64,000 nt of DNA. Origin: Obrimoposthia wandeli (taxonomy: Eukaryota). Shown piece after piece: positions 62,112 through 64,000 of this stretch. The DNA is taken from assembly GCA_977020255.1 (NCBI GenBank), contig CDROCS010005499.1, positions 62,001 to 126,000 of the forward strand. Direction: 5' to 3'. Both the position numbers and the translations under genes were made by a program. How positions within the stretch are numbered: position 1 is the stretch's first letter; each line of letters starts with the position of its first letter. The notes under the pieces were generated by a model, which worked only from the letters and a program-made list of their open reading frames with translations, had not been told where the DNA came from and made no database searches.

Positions 62112-63050
62112 TTACGGTTTGATTGTTTTAATGGCGTTGTTCACGTCGCCTTTTTTTGCCCAGTAACCTGCCAGCAAAGAGCCTGAAATATTATGCCATA
62201 CAGAAAAAATAGTACCGGGCACTGCTGCAACTGGTGTGAAAAATTTCATTGCTAGCGCAGCGGCTAAACCTGAATTTTGCAAACCTACTTCAAATGCCAC
62301 AGTACGGCTAATCGTTTCATTAAACCCACACAAGCGACAACAATAATAACCAGCAAGCAGCCCTATACTATTATGTAAAATAACCGCTATCGCAATCATT
62401 GGGCCGAGTGTTTTAAGGTTATCTACATTCAATGCCACCACAATAGAAATAACGATTACAATCGCAGCCATTGAAATAAGAGGTAAAATCGAAGAGATTT
62501 TCTCGATATGTTTTCGTGCTGCAACATTAATCACCACCCCAAAGCCTACAGGTAGTAATACTATTTTAACTAAACTAATCAGCATTGCCCCCACGGGTAC
62601 ATCAACCGACTGACCAACATATAACTCAACAAGAAATGGGGTTAACACCACCCCGAGTAAAGTTGAGATCGCTGTCATTGAAATCGATAACGCCACATTA
62701 CCTTTGGCTAGATAAGCCATAACGTTGGATGAAGTTCCGCCCGCAACACTGCCCACCAGCACCATACCGACGGTCAATTCGTTATCAAACCCCATGGCAA
62801 GGCTAATCAATAAGGCAACAATTGGCATCACCGAAAACTGCAATAAAACACCAACCCCAATAGCGACCTTATGCTTTGCCACATTGACAAAATCACGTGG
62901 TGTTAAACTGACACCCATCGCCAGCATAATGATGGTCAGTAATGGTATTATCTGCGTTTTTAAACCTACAAATAGTGTTGGCTGTACCATCGCTATAACC
63001 GAAAAGAGCAGCGCCCATACTGGAAATAGTTGTGTGATTCTCCCTATCAT
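62112..63050 (-). CDS. Bile acid:sodium symporter family (PanS-like)
   Basis: GGTSSNV, ALSISMT, EVGLQNSGL, SVWHNISG. Confidence 0.9.
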   Translation of the reverse strand: MIGRITQLFPVWALLFSVIAMVQPTLFVGLKTQIIPLLTIIMLAMGVSLTPRDFVNVAKHKVAIGVGVLLQFSVMPIVALLISLAMGFDNELTVGMVLVGSVAGGTSSNVMAYLAKGNVALSISMTAISTLLGVVLTPFLVELYVGQSVDVPVGAMLISLVKIVLLPVGFGVVINVAARKHIEKISSILPLISMAAIVIVISIVVALNVDNLKTLGPMIAIAVILHNSIGLLAGYYCCRLCGFNETISRTVAFEVGLQNSGLAAALAMKFFTPVAAVPGTIFSVWHNISGSLLAGYWAKKGDVNNAIKTIKP

Positions 63051-63451
63051 CTTTCTTCCTTTTTATTTTATCTATTACTTAACGTTGTTAATAATATTCC
63101 ACACAACAGTAATGAATTATACAAGCCAACAGCAATTCCCTACTTACGACTACCTTAATCATTAAAAGTAAGCATCTTGACTTCCCTGCATGTATTTTAG
63201 AGTTAAAAAACTGCAAATAACAAAAATAACGACGGCTGATCTTAGCCATTACTATGCGTATCGTAATACCGAGATATTAACCAACAATAACTAAACGTTA
63301 GATTAAGATTCTTAGGAAATTAAAATCTAATCAACGTTTCGATATCACGTTTAGTACTTCGTTCGATATTTACCATTTTCCCACTTACCTTCACCATGTA
63401 ATAAATATCTACACCACTACACTAAACCATCACGATTTTGGACGGTTTATT

Positions 63452-64000
63452 ATGAACAATTGGATATCCCTACTTCCACCACTGTTGGCTATTTCATTGG
63501 CAATAACGACTCGCAAAGCCTATTTGGCGATTCTTTCAGGCATCGTGGCGGGGTCTTTGATTTTAGCACCTTCACTCCTTACTGGATTAGTCTCAAGTGT
63601 GAACTCGATTGTGCTGACCCTTCAGTCACCCAATGCATTAAAGAGTTTGCTATTTATTTTGATGATCGGCTCAATTATCCATTTATTACAAGGCTCAGGG
63701 GCCATTCGTCGCGCACTGTTTATCATCACAGAGAGGAAGTGGGTTAGAAGTCGCACTCATGCGCAATTGCTGACCTTTGGGGCTGGTTTTCTGATGTGCC
63801 TAGAAGGTGTAGGCTCAATGATGATGGTAGGAGTAATTGGTCGCCACCTGTTTACTAACCATCAGGTGTCTAAACAAAAGTTAGCGTTTGTAGCAAATGG
63901 CACAGGGGCACCTTTAGCATGGCTTTTGCCAATCAGTAGCGCTGGTATTTTTTTGACCAGTTTGATTCAAGTTCAAATTGAGCAAGGTATTATTGAAGGC
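63452..64000 (+). CDS. NhaC-family Na+/H+ antiporter, partial (runs off the window)
   Basis: Manual translation MNNWISLLPPLLAISLAITTRK...P...W..PISS, open to the end. The track ORF 63460-63747 is an overlapping false frame. Confidence 0.75.
   Translation, partial: MNNWISLLPPLLAISLAITTRKAYLAILSGIVAGSLILAPSLLTGLVSSVNSIVLTLQSPNALKSLLFILMIGSIIHLLQGSGAIRRALFIITERKWVRSRTHAQLLTFGAGFLMCLEGVGSMMMVGVIGRHLFTNHQVSKQKLAFVANGTGAPLAWLLPISSAGIFLTSLIQVQIEQGIIEG

Noticed and set aside
63460-63747. 95-aa ORF from the track
   Set aside because: It is out of frame with the NhaC-like ORF that starts at 63452.

Overview
AT-rich (roughly 40% GC by eye) Vibrionaceae chromosome segment, probably Photobacterium-like, judged from the sbcB-yohJK-cdd-purT-tpm backbone. 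(1) 1-6.8 kb is a decayed accessory islet. It holds minus-strand integron-type gene cassettes (P-loop kinase, GNAT) whose attC sites were both hit at the same position by an IS10-like element, a TPR ORF whose N-terminus is borrowed from the IS, a RES-like protein, and a SatD/DUF3307 pair behind a 28-bp-period palindrome array; the RES-DUF3307-SatD block is flanked by long direct repeats. (2) 6.8-16.7 kb is housekeeping. (3) 16.8-18.3 kb is a dead group II intron. (4) 19.9-30.1 kb has an orphan pentaheme cytochrome, a POT transporter and a 'thermostable hemolysin'/acyl-AMP ligase-diiron oxidase fusion/SDR/TPR/two-component operon that looks like a small-molecule biosynthesis cluster. (5) Four tRNAs lie at 30.9-31.2 kb. 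(6) 40.4-48.6 kb is a tightly coupled 8-gene operon of exported LPP20/FlgT/CsgG-like proteins and lipoproteins plus a lytic transglycosylase, my best candidate for an undescribed cell-envelope machine. (7) 49-64 kb has small stress genes (some with eroded cassette signatures), an ERIC-like miniature element, a MocR regulator divergent from deoC-aox, and transporters. All family assignments come from motifs read by eye; no searches were run.
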